64,000 nucleotides of DNA, taken from Ostrea edulis. Its lineage: Eukaryota. This document shows positions 59,701 through 64,000 of this stretch, one piece after another. Positions within the stretch are counted from its first letter, which is position 1. The number at the start of each line of letters is the position of its first letter. The stretch lies in the NCBI RefSeq assembly GCF_947568905.1, contig NC_079164.1:77500001-77564000 (forward strand). The letters are read 5' to 3'. The notes below the pieces were generated by a model that worked only from the letters and a program-made list of their open reading frames with translations, searched no databases and was not told the DNA's origin. A program made the position numbers and the translations under genes.

Positions 59701-61704
59701 TGTCTATAACACGCCAGCATTCAGACCCATACAGGAGGACTGATTTCACATTGCTGTTATAAAGTTGGACTTTGGTCCTCAGACTGTAGCTGTTTGATTT
59801 CCAGATGGTTTGGAGTTGGGCGAATGCTGCACGTGCTTTGTTGAGTCTTGCCTTTATGTCTTTCCCGGCACCGTTGTCCTTGCTAAGTATGCTTCCTAGG
59901 TAGGTGAAGTCCTCTACCTCCTCTAGCGGTTCTCCATTTAAAACCACAGGTTCCACTGGAGCATTTATTGTCATCACCTTGGTCTTTTTGGTGTTGATGT
60001 TAAGACCAGTTTGTTTGGCAAACTAAAGCACAATGGATTGCCCGGACTTTTGCAGCCTTGCGTTTTAAACAATACACAATTTAGGTCTGGGATGCGTCCA
60101 CAGACTCATCATTGTGTCCCAAATAATTATTTTGCATCTAGGACACAGATTCGAAAAACCAGTGATAGCAAATCAAGTAATTGTTCAACCTCCTTCATAA
60201 AAGTTAAATGAATTATTATGAGTACAGCAAACTAATGTTACAGAGTTTTTACTGCACTTGTATCACATTGATACTAGCTGCTGGTAAATGCATATTGTAT
60301 GATTTTCTTACTTTGATTCGAGTGCGTGTAGGATCTGACGTGTCGTCAAATCTGATTGTGTATCCCACTTCATCCCCTAAAAGAGCCCCTCTTTCCTCTG
60401 CAACTCGTGTGGCAACCTTCCAAAATACATAGACAAAATTAGCATGAAAAAAGTCTGACATACGTCTAAAGAAATTTTGTATTTTCTGTATACTTTACGA
60501 TCACAATAATAATACATATGTACGCATAACTCACAGTGACAGCAGCCACTCGTCGCGGCTGAGTGACCCCAATCAAGTGACCTTCTGCTCCCCATCCAGC
60601 CTCCAGTAAATACTGAAACATTTCAATAGTACAAATACCAATGGTACTACATTATACTGCAAATATCCATTAAAGGTATTTCTGACATTTCATTTTAAAC
60701 AGACAAATGTGTTGCATATAAAAACATACAAATAAAAAAAATAAATAAATAAATGTTTATTCAGTATATACATACATACAAACATAAATACCAAGGATAA
60801 CCCATGAAAGCTTGAAAGCTTATTTCCAATGGGGTCCTTTGATGCATGGATGTTTACACTAGGGGGTCATTTATGTGGGAGGAAACCGGAGTACCCGGAG
60901 GAAACCAACGTGTCCAAGCGGGCGACCGACATACCCTCTCACATACAACTACTGCCAATCACGGGGATCAAACTTGGGTCGCAGCGGTGAGAAGCGAGAG
61001 CACTATTAAATGTATGGTTTTCACTGTCACACAAGGTATGGCTGAATATTATTTTTTTTCCCTTTTTTTTTTAAATTTTAAGAAATTAGAATTTACATTT
61101 TTTCACATACCTGAGGTATCTGAGTAGATTTTCCACATCCTGTCTCTCCAACAATTACCACTGTCTGGTACTTCTCCACCAAATACAGGATATGATTCCT
61201 CAGCTGTTAAATCAAAAACACTGCATTAGTAAGTGGCACCTTGAAACCATCTTCTGAAATACTTTTGTATTTCAGGTATATATACAGATAAACTCTAATT
61301 GACACATTTCAAACTCTCATGCCTTAAACACTGGAAGTTTTTGTCGCTGTTGCTCAAGAGACAGGGATACATTTTGATTGTACACCACAGTAGTCCCCCC
61401 TTCCTCAGCAATTGTAGTCCTCTCCTCCTTCAAAGCCTGGCCCGGAGCTTCAGCACCTGATAGTGACAACACAAAACCCTTCATAAATCGACATGTGAAT
61501 TGGTTCAATGCAGTCATAAACTGGTTACCTATAATCAATGTGTAACTGTAAGGATGATGTACTTAGACACGGAAAGAACAACACAACCCTCAAGATTATT
61601 CTGGCAGTGTCACTGGGTGTGTGCACATTCAACAATTGTATGCTTGTAGTTTACAGTAGAAATTATTTACCAGGCTTCCAAAACTTTGGTGCAAACGATG
61701 ACAT
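3231..61704 (-). CDS. DHX35: DEAH-box ATP-dependent RNA helicase DHX35, 22 coding exons in window, 3' end beyond left edge
   Basis: Manual splicing: 61704-61671, 61456-61323, 61203-61111, 60612-60535, 60416-60312, 57386-57325, 56602-56533, 56402-56343, 54520-54477, 54344-54276, 50123-50027, 34720-34689, 33936-33849, 33700-33604, 28773-28720, 28474-28376, 26961-26837, 26610-26556, 26150-26055, 23010-22916, 4145-4068, 3360-3231. Total 1795 nt, phases consistent, all GT-AG except intron 2 (GC-AG). Motifs [42 protein letters not shown]. The N-terminal KFWKPG and [11 protein letters not shown] match DHX35 as recalled. Confidence 0.95.
4068..4145 (-). CDS. DHX35: DHX35 exon 21 ([26 protein letters not shown])
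   Basis: EGDH--LLN motif. Confidence 0.92.
5055..5300. repeat. ~42-bp tandem repeat (GGGGCTGATCCCAGCAGGCAT core)
   Basis: About 6-7 degenerate units just downstream of the tyrosine recombinase fragment. Confidence 0.8.
5571..5924 (-). mobile_element. Tyrosine recombinase C-terminal fragment (DIRS/Ngaro-like retroelement remnant)
   Basis: [36 protein letters not shown] is the DIRS-type YR catalytic region; 5' part missing. Confidence 0.8.
6128..6793. mobile_element. MITE with CAATCTAATTAAAATCAGA TIRs and 10-bp TSD
   Basis: TIRs at 6128-6146 and 6775-6793; flanks AAACGTAACC / AAACGTAATC. Confidence 0.75.
8030..9770. mobile_element. Helentron-type non-autonomous element fragment interrupted by the RTE LINE
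   Basis: Unit AAAGTTTCAAGTCT...GATAAGC occurs at ~8128, ~9520 and ~9688; ends in a (GACA)n tract at ~9745-9768. Confidence 0.55.
8200..9395 (+). mobile_element. 5'-truncated, decayed RTE-clade LINE (RT plus Cys/His finger)
   Basis: [27 protein letters not shown]...[21 protein letters not shown]; stops and frameshifts present. Confidence 0.9.
11685..12986. mobile_element. Helentron/DINE-1-type non-autonomous element carrying ~6 copies of a ~166-bp satellite
   Basis: AACAAGAGGCCCATGGGCC palindrome, subterminal IR GCTCACCTGAG / CTCAGGTGAGC, (GACG)n microsatellite; units spaced 165-167 bp with AAGCTT sites. Confidence 0.85.
13241..13420. mobile_element. Partial copy of the same TA|CAG MITE family
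   Basis: TA|CAGACCCTGAGGCATGCTACTATACACC followed by TTCCGTGCAAACCGTTCA repeats. Confidence 0.6.
13990..14498. mobile_element. Helentron-type non-autonomous element with two ~145-bp core repeats
   Basis: AACAAGAG start, (GACG/GACA)n tract, terminal hairpin TATACCCCCCC...GGGGGGTATA. Confidence 0.8.
15300..15570. mobile_element. Partial copy of the same TA|CAG MITE family
   Basis: 21-nt GTTCCGTGCAAACCGTTCA-type repeats ending GGTGTAGTAGTACGCTTCTGGGTCTG|TA. Confidence 0.6.
18093..20549. mobile_element. PIF/Harbinger-type non-autonomous element, 2457 bp
   Basis: ~40-bp TIR GGGCTGTTCCATTAA(A)ACATATGAGGTACCCGGGGA-GGCA at both ends; TAA TSD at 18090-18092 and 20550-20552; no coding capacity seen. 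Confidence 0.85.
20551..21060. repeat. 35-bp tandem array (AAAGCTTTCAATGCAAGATTTGACTCAATTCTAAG) plus Helentron-type terminus
   Basis: Array 20551-20790; ends with TTGAGCTCTTGGCTCAGGTGAGCTATAAA, like the 12986 terminus. Confidence 0.7.
22916..23010 (-). CDS. DHX35: DHX35 exon 20 ([24 protein letters not shown])
   Basis: CS-E---IAAM motif, GTAAGT donor. Confidence 0.92.
24194..24460 (+). mobile_element. Bivalve SINE (Meta-domain-like, head truncated)
   Basis: GATCCGGGTTAGAATAGGTCC...GTGTCACAGCAGGTGTGGCACGATAAAG...GTTAAACAATATACAATCAATC; four more copies in the window. Family name from memory. Confidence 0.75.
24609..25648. mobile_element. Helentron-type non-autonomous element with ~135-bp core repeats
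   Basis: AACAAGAGATGTTTGT start, 5-6 tandem units, (CCGA)n tract, terminal TATGCCCC...GGGGGCATA hairpin. Confidence 0.8.
26055..26150 (-). CDS. DHX35: DHX35 exon 19 ([31 protein letters not shown])
   Basis: HA2 motif LT-LG--MAEFPL-P. Confidence 0.93.
26556..26610 (-). CDS. DHX35: DHX35 exon 18 ([18 protein letters not shown])
   Basis: Start of HA2 region, AG/GT bounded. Confidence 0.92.
26837..26961 (-). CDS. DHX35: DHX35 exon 17 ([22 protein letters not shown]...FLS)
   Basis: PEMQRS-L motif. Confidence 0.93.
27920..28430. repeat. Minisatellite derived from the 3' end of DHX35 exon 16 and its donor site
   Basis: CCCTCCCAGCCCTCACTCT units plus four copies of the AACCTGTG-ACAG block; the array overlaps the exon. 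Confidence 0.88.
28376..28474 (-). CDS. DHX35: DHX35 exon 16 ([32 protein letters not shown])
   Basis: Motif [10 protein letters not shown]. Confidence 0.93.
28720..28773 (-). CDS. DHX35: DHX35 exon 15 ([17 protein letters not shown])
   Basis: DCGFVK motif Va. Confidence 0.93.
29360..29596 (-). mobile_element. Same SINE family, reverse copy
   Basis: Reverse complement of 24194-24460. Confidence 0.75.
30249..30420 (-). mobile_element. Same SINE family, internally deleted copy
   Basis: TGTTTAACGTCCCTCT...GTGCCACACCTGCTGTG...TAACCCG. Confidence 0.7.
30468..30557. mobile_element. Short foldback copy of the CAATCT family
   Basis: CAATCTAATTAAAATTAGATCCTATGATC ... GATCATAGGATCTAATTTTAA; right end degenerate. 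Confidence 0.6.
30899..30946 (+). pseudogene. Truncated tRNA-Val(TAC) pseudogene
   Basis: GGTTCTGTGGTGTAGTGGTTATCACGTTTGCTTTACACGAAGAAGGTC resembles the 5' two-thirds of metazoan tRNA-Val(TAC); T-arm and 3' acceptor strand absent. Confidence 0.7.
31640..31996. mobile_element. 357-bp MITE, TIR CAGGGCTYGAA, 4-bp TSD CCTT
   Basis: CAGGGCTCGAA at 31640 and TTCAAGCCCTG ending at 31996; CCTT at 31636-31639 and 31997-32000; splits the TRIM internal region. Confidence 0.75.
32122..32194 (+). pseudogene. tRNA-like sequence (Thr/Lys-like) inside the TRIM LTR
   Basis: A box TAGCTCAGTGG (32129-32139), B box GGTTCGATTCC (32174-32184), CTGGA/TCCAG acceptor pairing. The second copy (~32384-32437) lacks the T-arm. 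Not a bona fide tRNA gene. Confidence 0.7.
33604..33700 (-). CDS. DHX35: DHX35 exon 14 (MKVFE...[17 protein letters not shown])
   Basis: Motif V. Confidence 0.95.
33849..33936 (-). CDS. DHX35: DHX35 exon 13 (EVAKE...[13 protein letters not shown])
   Basis: PMYGSLP motif IVa. Confidence 0.92.
34030..34297. mobile_element. ~270-bp TIR element flanked by ~53-bp direct repeats
   Basis: TTGAGCCATTCCTAGCAAAAAAAGGCACTTA / TAAGGGCCCTTTTTGCTAGGAACAGCTCAA; flank repeat at 33962-34014 and ~34297-34350. Confidence 0.7.
34689..34720 (-). CDS. DHX35: DHX35 exon 12 ([10 protein letters not shown])
   Basis: 32 nt, TTTCTTTTAG acceptor and GTAAGA donor; supplies the expected EVE segment and restores phase. 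Confidence 0.85.
35084..35776 (+). CDS. Thiopurine S-methyltransferase (TPMT)-family SAM-dependent methyltransferase, intronless, nested antisense in DHX35 intron 11
   Basis: 230-aa ORF with [36 protein letters not shown] and W-E-W...FH, all typical of the TPMT family. Candidate AATAAA at 36605-36610. Orthology to TPMT itself not established. Confidence 0.9.
   Translation: MAHHHRDHDKPQQKMTVGMWKECWNTPNVEFHNPDLNELFVKYNNRMLTRPGMRIFVPMCGKAVEMKWLLDHGYKVVGLEVAPVPCKAFFEENNIPYHIKDIHDIHGEKYESLDGNIVIYCCDFFHFSREICGDFEAIWDSGGLNSMDVEDRPVYVHRIRTLMGQGCVNMTEFVNFDPSIVDIPWSMTTVDLQKCFGEGYSIEDVSKMEASKRLQDQGCNSVQLFTITKT
37383..39455 (+). CDS. THAP-domain / HTH / DDE_Tnp_4-type transposase, 2 exons (37383-37581, 38272-39455), 460 aa
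   Basis: Exon 1 is a C2CH THAP (CCVPLC...W...VCHIHF) ending G|GTTAGA; exon 2 starts TGACAG|GT in matching phase. LFLTLMKLR helix-turn-helix; catalytic [20 protein letters not shown]; no internal stops. Confidence 0.92.
37947..38023. mobile_element. 77-bp foldback MITE (CAATCT-AATTAAAAT family) inside the transposase intron
   Basis: Near-perfect hairpin flanked by an exact 10-bp direct repeat GGTCTCCACA (37937-37946, 38024-38033). Confidence 0.85.
40005..43038 (-). CDS. SAP-SWIM-YqaJ (lambda-exonuclease-like) protein, 8 exons, 521 aa
   Basis: Exons 43038-42935, 42581-42406, 42229-42084, 41907-41688, 41558-41365, 41101-41033, 40811-40576, 40425-40005; 1566 nt, phases consistent, one GC donor. 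SAP-like [42 protein letters not shown], YqaJ motifs [43 protein letters not shown]. Confidence 0.9.
44093..44627. mobile_element. Possible Kolobok-type non-autonomous element
   Basis: TTAA|GGTAGTATC at left and offset inverted CCAACATCAA motifs at both ends; right flank is TAAG rather than TTAA. Confidence 0.3.
44261..44367 (-). mobile_element. Same SINE family, 3' fragment
   Basis: GATTGATAGATTGTATATTGTTTAA...GCAAAATTTAGGCCTAT. Confidence 0.7.
44699..44735. repeat. (GA)n microsatellite
   Basis: Perfect dinucleotide run. Confidence 0.95.
45483..45819. mobile_element. GGCC-terminated MITE (Zator- or Harbinger-like)
   Basis: GGCCAATTAAAATTAATTGATAGATTATCATC versus the reverse complement of GATGATAATCTACTACATTAAGTTGAATTGGCC; flanks ATA / TTA. 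Confidence 0.55.
46560..47243 (-). mobile_element. 5' remnant of a Kolobok / Mutator-like transposase gene with Cys-rich N-terminal domain
   Basis: ORF 46978-46571 has [44 protein letters not shown]|GG terminus at 47247-47243, about 130 bp upstream of a stop-interrupted start (ATG near 47112). Superfamily call from recalled motifs. Confidence 0.55.
47592..47789. repeat. 99-bp tandem duplication
   Basis: CAAATTATAACGAGG...CATTGGAAG twice, essentially identical. Confidence 0.9.
48040..49840. mobile_element. Kolobok-type non-autonomous element (TTAA TSD)
   Basis: TTAA|GGTAGACCTATACTCGGC ... GCCGTGTATAGGTCTACT|TTAA, 16/18 TIR match. Confidence 0.75.
49196..49418 (-). mobile_element. Same SINE family, nested in a TTAA element
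   Basis: CTCGAGAAT...GGACCTATTTTAACCCGGATCC. Confidence 0.75.
50027..50123 (-). CDS. DHX35: DHX35 exon 11 (PVPDYIK...[10 protein letters not shown])
   Basis: Motif [10 protein letters not shown]. Confidence 0.95.
51220..51275. repeat. GC-rich double hairpin, probable transposon (Helitron-like) terminus
   Basis: Perfect 12-bp stem CTCTCACGGCCC-TTC-GGGCCGTGAGAG (51232-51258) followed by GGGC-TTC-GCCC. Confidence 0.45.
53382..54152. repeat. 50-bp minisatellite, about 15 copies
   Basis: ATGATATGTAGTATTTACAAATTTTACAATGTGCRATGCGATAGATAGTT head to tail, no spacers. Confidence 0.95.
54276..54344 (-). CDS. DHX35: DHX35 exon 10 ([22 protein letters not shown])
   Basis: VEGR-FPV motif, GTAAGT donor. 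Confidence 0.92.
54477..54520 (-). CDS. DHX35: DHX35 exon 9 ([14 protein letters not shown])
   Basis: 44 nt, TTTTAG acceptor and GTGAGT donor, phase fits neighbours. Confidence 0.85.
56343..56402 (-). CDS. DHX35: DHX35 exon 8 ([20 protein letters not shown])
   Basis: SAT motif III. Confidence 0.95.
56533..56602 (-). CDS. DHX35: DHX35 exon 7 ([23 protein letters not shown])
   Basis: DEAH motif II. Confidence 0.95.
57325..57386 (-). CDS. DHX35: DHX35 exon 6 ([20 protein letters not shown])
   Basis: AG/GT bounded, motif Ib/Ic TDG. Confidence 0.93.
57396..58030. mobile_element. Degenerate copy of the 24609 Helentron-type family
   Basis: AACAAGAAATGTTTTAGAAACATATATGCCCC start and the same CAAGCAAAGGGTTCTCAAGATA units. 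Confidence 0.7.
58443..59096. mobile_element. hAT-like MITE, 654 bp, 6-bp TSD CTAAAC
   Basis: CAGTGATTGGGAAGGTCA / TGGCCTTCTCAATCACTG TIRs; CTAAAC at 58437-58442 and 59097-59102. Confidence 0.78.
59307..60022 (-). mobile_element. 5'-truncated RTE (BovB-like) LINE 3' end
   Basis: Open 221-aa ORF: [48 protein letters not shown]; (TAAG)n tail. Confidence 0.92.
60312..60416 (-). CDS. DHX35: DHX35 exon 5 ([10 protein letters not shown]...GYTIRFDD...TRIK)
   Basis: AG/GTAAGA bounded, 105 nt. Confidence 0.95.
60535..60612 (-). CDS. DHX35: DHX35 exon 4 (YLLEAGW...[10 protein letters not shown])
   Basis: AG/GTGAGT bounded, motif Ia. Confidence 0.95.
60740..61005 (-). mobile_element. tRNA-headed V-domain SINE with a LINE-like 3' tail
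   Basis: Minus strand: tRNA-like head, GGTTTCCTCCGGGTACTCCGGTTTCCTCCCAC core, then GGACCCCATTGGAAATAAG...AATAAAC(ATTT)n. Confidence 0.7.
61111..61203 (-). CDS. DHX35: DHX35 exon 3 (LRNHILY...[13 protein letters not shown], Walker A)
   Basis: AG/GT bounded, 93 nt, motif I. Confidence 0.95.
61323..61456 (-). CDS. DHX35: DHX35 exon 2 (AEAPGQ...[11 protein letters not shown])
   Basis: TCAG acceptor; ends at AAG|GCATGA (GC donor). Confidence 0.88.
61671..61704 (-). CDS. DHX35: DHX35 coding exon 1 ([11 protein letters not shown])
   Basis: ATG at 61704, G|GTAAAT donor; KFW-PG motif. Confidence 0.85.
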
Positions 61705-61870
61705 TTGCAGATTAATTTAATTTAATTCCAGACTTGACATTAGGTGATAAGCTGTAATCACGTTGGGTACGTGTCTTTCTCCACGTGCACTTCGTTTGTC
61801 TGACGGCTAATATTTGTTTACTTCCGTTTTATTTTGCTCATGCGCTTCACGCGTTTGAAAGCCCGCGAAA
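61705..61870 (-). promoter_or_regulatory. Probable DHX35 5' UTR and proximal promoter
   Basis: Local CpG enrichment just upstream of the ATG, with an ETS-type ACTTCCG (~61820) and an E-box CACGTG (~61782). TSS not determinable. Confidence 0.35.
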
Positions 61871-63390
61871 AAAAAAAAAAGTTCGGCGAAACTCGGTTCT
61901 GCCGATCTAATACGGGGCACTTTCAAGGGGAAACTCATAATCTACCTATTATATAACATACATTATGACAATAAAAGGTGTTAGAAAATTATAGGGGAGC
62001 ACTGGGACTAAAATTATTTTCTCATAAGAAAGACTAGAGACATGTAGGCCCTATATGGTATATATTATATATCTCTGATCAGATATTGACTTTTTAAAGT
62101 TTGATACCAAGTTACTGCAATTTTGATGGCTTCATATAATACATTTACATCCTTGATTAAATGAATGCTGTTGCTATATATAATTTCCTAGTTTAAAGAT
62201 GCAATACACACTTTTTCGAGTAAGTAGCAGTGTAATGTATTTTGGGAAATTCCATATTGGAATAAAATAGCCCGCACGATGAAAATAGAATGAGGGACTT
62301 AGTCTTTAAATATTTAAAGGATTCTGATTCCTGCATAGTTGGTCCTTAATTGTTTGATACCTTTTCTCCATGTCAAATTTCTACTCTATCGAGCCTCGTA
62401 GTTCATGCCCTGATGTATTTTCAAAAATGAAATCTGGAACCAGTTGCTCAAAAGTTTAAATTATTTTATGATTTAATTTATTACAGTAAAATACATGTAG
62501 TTCTTATAGCTATGAATTTCATAAGAATAATAAACGATAAAAGAAGCTATAATTTTTCCCACTCTCAGAGAAATAAATGACAAGATCTTTTGATATTGGG
62601 AGAACTTATATTTTATTGAATGAAAACCTTAAAATTTGTGTCATTTTGTTGATATCACCTCACTAAAAAATGGACAGAAAATAGTAAAAATGACTACATT
62701 GGTGACATATTTCAAGCCCTGTTAAACCCAGGAGCTGCCGGGGGCTTCGCCCCCTGGACTCCGTCCTGGGAGAACACCAAAGCAGCCCCAGACCCCCAGA
62801 TTATAAAATTGTGCCCGTCACTTCATTTCCTGGATCCGCACCTCCCACCGGTTAAAAGTTTTGAGGAACTGGGACCCGAGTTGGTTTTTTTTATTATTAT
62901 TATTATGTTTTACACAATTTTCGATCAAAATTATCCTTTGACAGAGGGCTAAAAATAGATTGGGGATTTCCTGAATACGGGGGTGAATCAACTTGTGATA
63001 CTTTCACCATAGATGCTAGCTAGTGATAATAATCTTTTAAAATATGTTTAGAATATCCCTATTTCTTAATGTGTCATGAGTAACATTTTTTCAATTTTTG
63101 CATGGTTTTCTCGTAGACATGCACTTAAGAAAACGGCACACACAAACACCTGCAAATGCGACATAGGGACACACAATCCTAGAAGAAGATTGCGGTGTGC
63201 TGAGGCGTTTCTTCCCCTGCGGCAGCAAGCTGTCTCGTGGTGCATTGGGAATTACCCTTAATCGTCAATCGTCTCCAGTAGTTGCGACACCGGCCAAATG
63301 CGTTTCTTATACAAATGGGCCATGTACTTTTCTCGATCTGACAAGCCTAGGTTCATTTCATGCTTTACCGCTTAAAGATGGGCGTGCTAT

Positions 63391-63411
63391 ACAGGCACTT
63401 GTTTCATACAT

Positions 63412-63444
<33 letters not shown>

Positions 63445-63490
63445 GTGGTATTATTAAGGAGGGGAACTCATGTATAAAACAAGTGCCTGT
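63391..63490. mobile_element. 100-bp foldback element with poly-C loop and 9-10-bp TSD
   Basis: ACAGGCACTTGTTTCATACATGAGTCCCCC / GGGGAACTCATGTATAAAACAAGTGCCTGT; GGCGTGCTA on both sides. Confidence 0.75.
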
Positions 63491-64000
63491 GGCGTGCTAC
63501 ACCGGTAACTGCATGGTGGGATGTGATATTTTTGGTGGTTTTCATACTATCATTACCTAAATTTAAAGCGGGACAAAAAATTTTGGGGAATTCAATGAAA
63601 GACTGACTAAGAGGGAACTTATAGTCCAATCCTATTAACATTCAAGAGGCAAATTAACATCGGTTTAACTATTTCCAAATTCTTATCTATAATTTTTCTG
63701 TTCGTACATCATATATTCTGACAACCAGTAGTATTGACTATAATCTCTCTGGTATTTGATATTTTCTGTCGGGTTTTCTCCCTTCCATTTGATCAATATA
63801 GGGATATCCCCAATTTCAATGGACAAAATTATAAGTGATTAACAATTACACACACATGCCTTCTTGCGCGATTGGTTATTTCATCTGTCGTGTAATTGAT
63901 CTGAATTCGGTAATTAATGAGTCGATCTCATCCAGATCAGTGCATCAGGGCTTAGGAAAATTTATAGACGGAAATATTTTCACAAGAACTTAACCAAGCG

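Noticed and set aside
63197-63457. ORF ending in poly-proline
   Set aside because: The poly-Pro is the C homopolymer of the foldback element.

Overview
This is a eukaryotic, AT-rich, repeat-dense window that looks like a bivalve (oyster-like) genome; that is inferred from a ~166-bp HindIII-type satellite and bivalve-type SINEs. Almost the whole window is one minus-strand gene, the DEAH-box RNA helicase DHX35. I traced 22 coding exons by hand from the ATG at 61704 down to 3231 (about 598 codons, frame consistent throughout); the 3' exons lie beyond the left edge. The 15.3-kb intron 11 (34721-50026) holds an antisense, intronless TPMT-family methyltransferase gene, Kolobok-like remnants, and an apparently intact 5.85-kb two-gene DNA transposon of the ISL2EU (PIF/Harbinger-related) type. 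That element has AT target duplications, ~95-bp imperfect terminal inverted repeats, a spliced THAP-HTH-DDE transposase and a convergent 8-exon SAP-SWIM-YqaJ exonuclease gene. Intron 14 holds a tandem miniature LTR retroelement whose LTRs contain a tRNA-like Pol III cassette. A minisatellite in intron 16 is built from copies of the helicase motif-VI exon end and its splice donor. The rest is nested mobile DNA: Helentron-type elements with satellite arrays, SINEs, RTE LINE fragments, DIRS and Penelope remnants and many MITEs. All calls come from manual reading and recalled family motifs; no database search was run.
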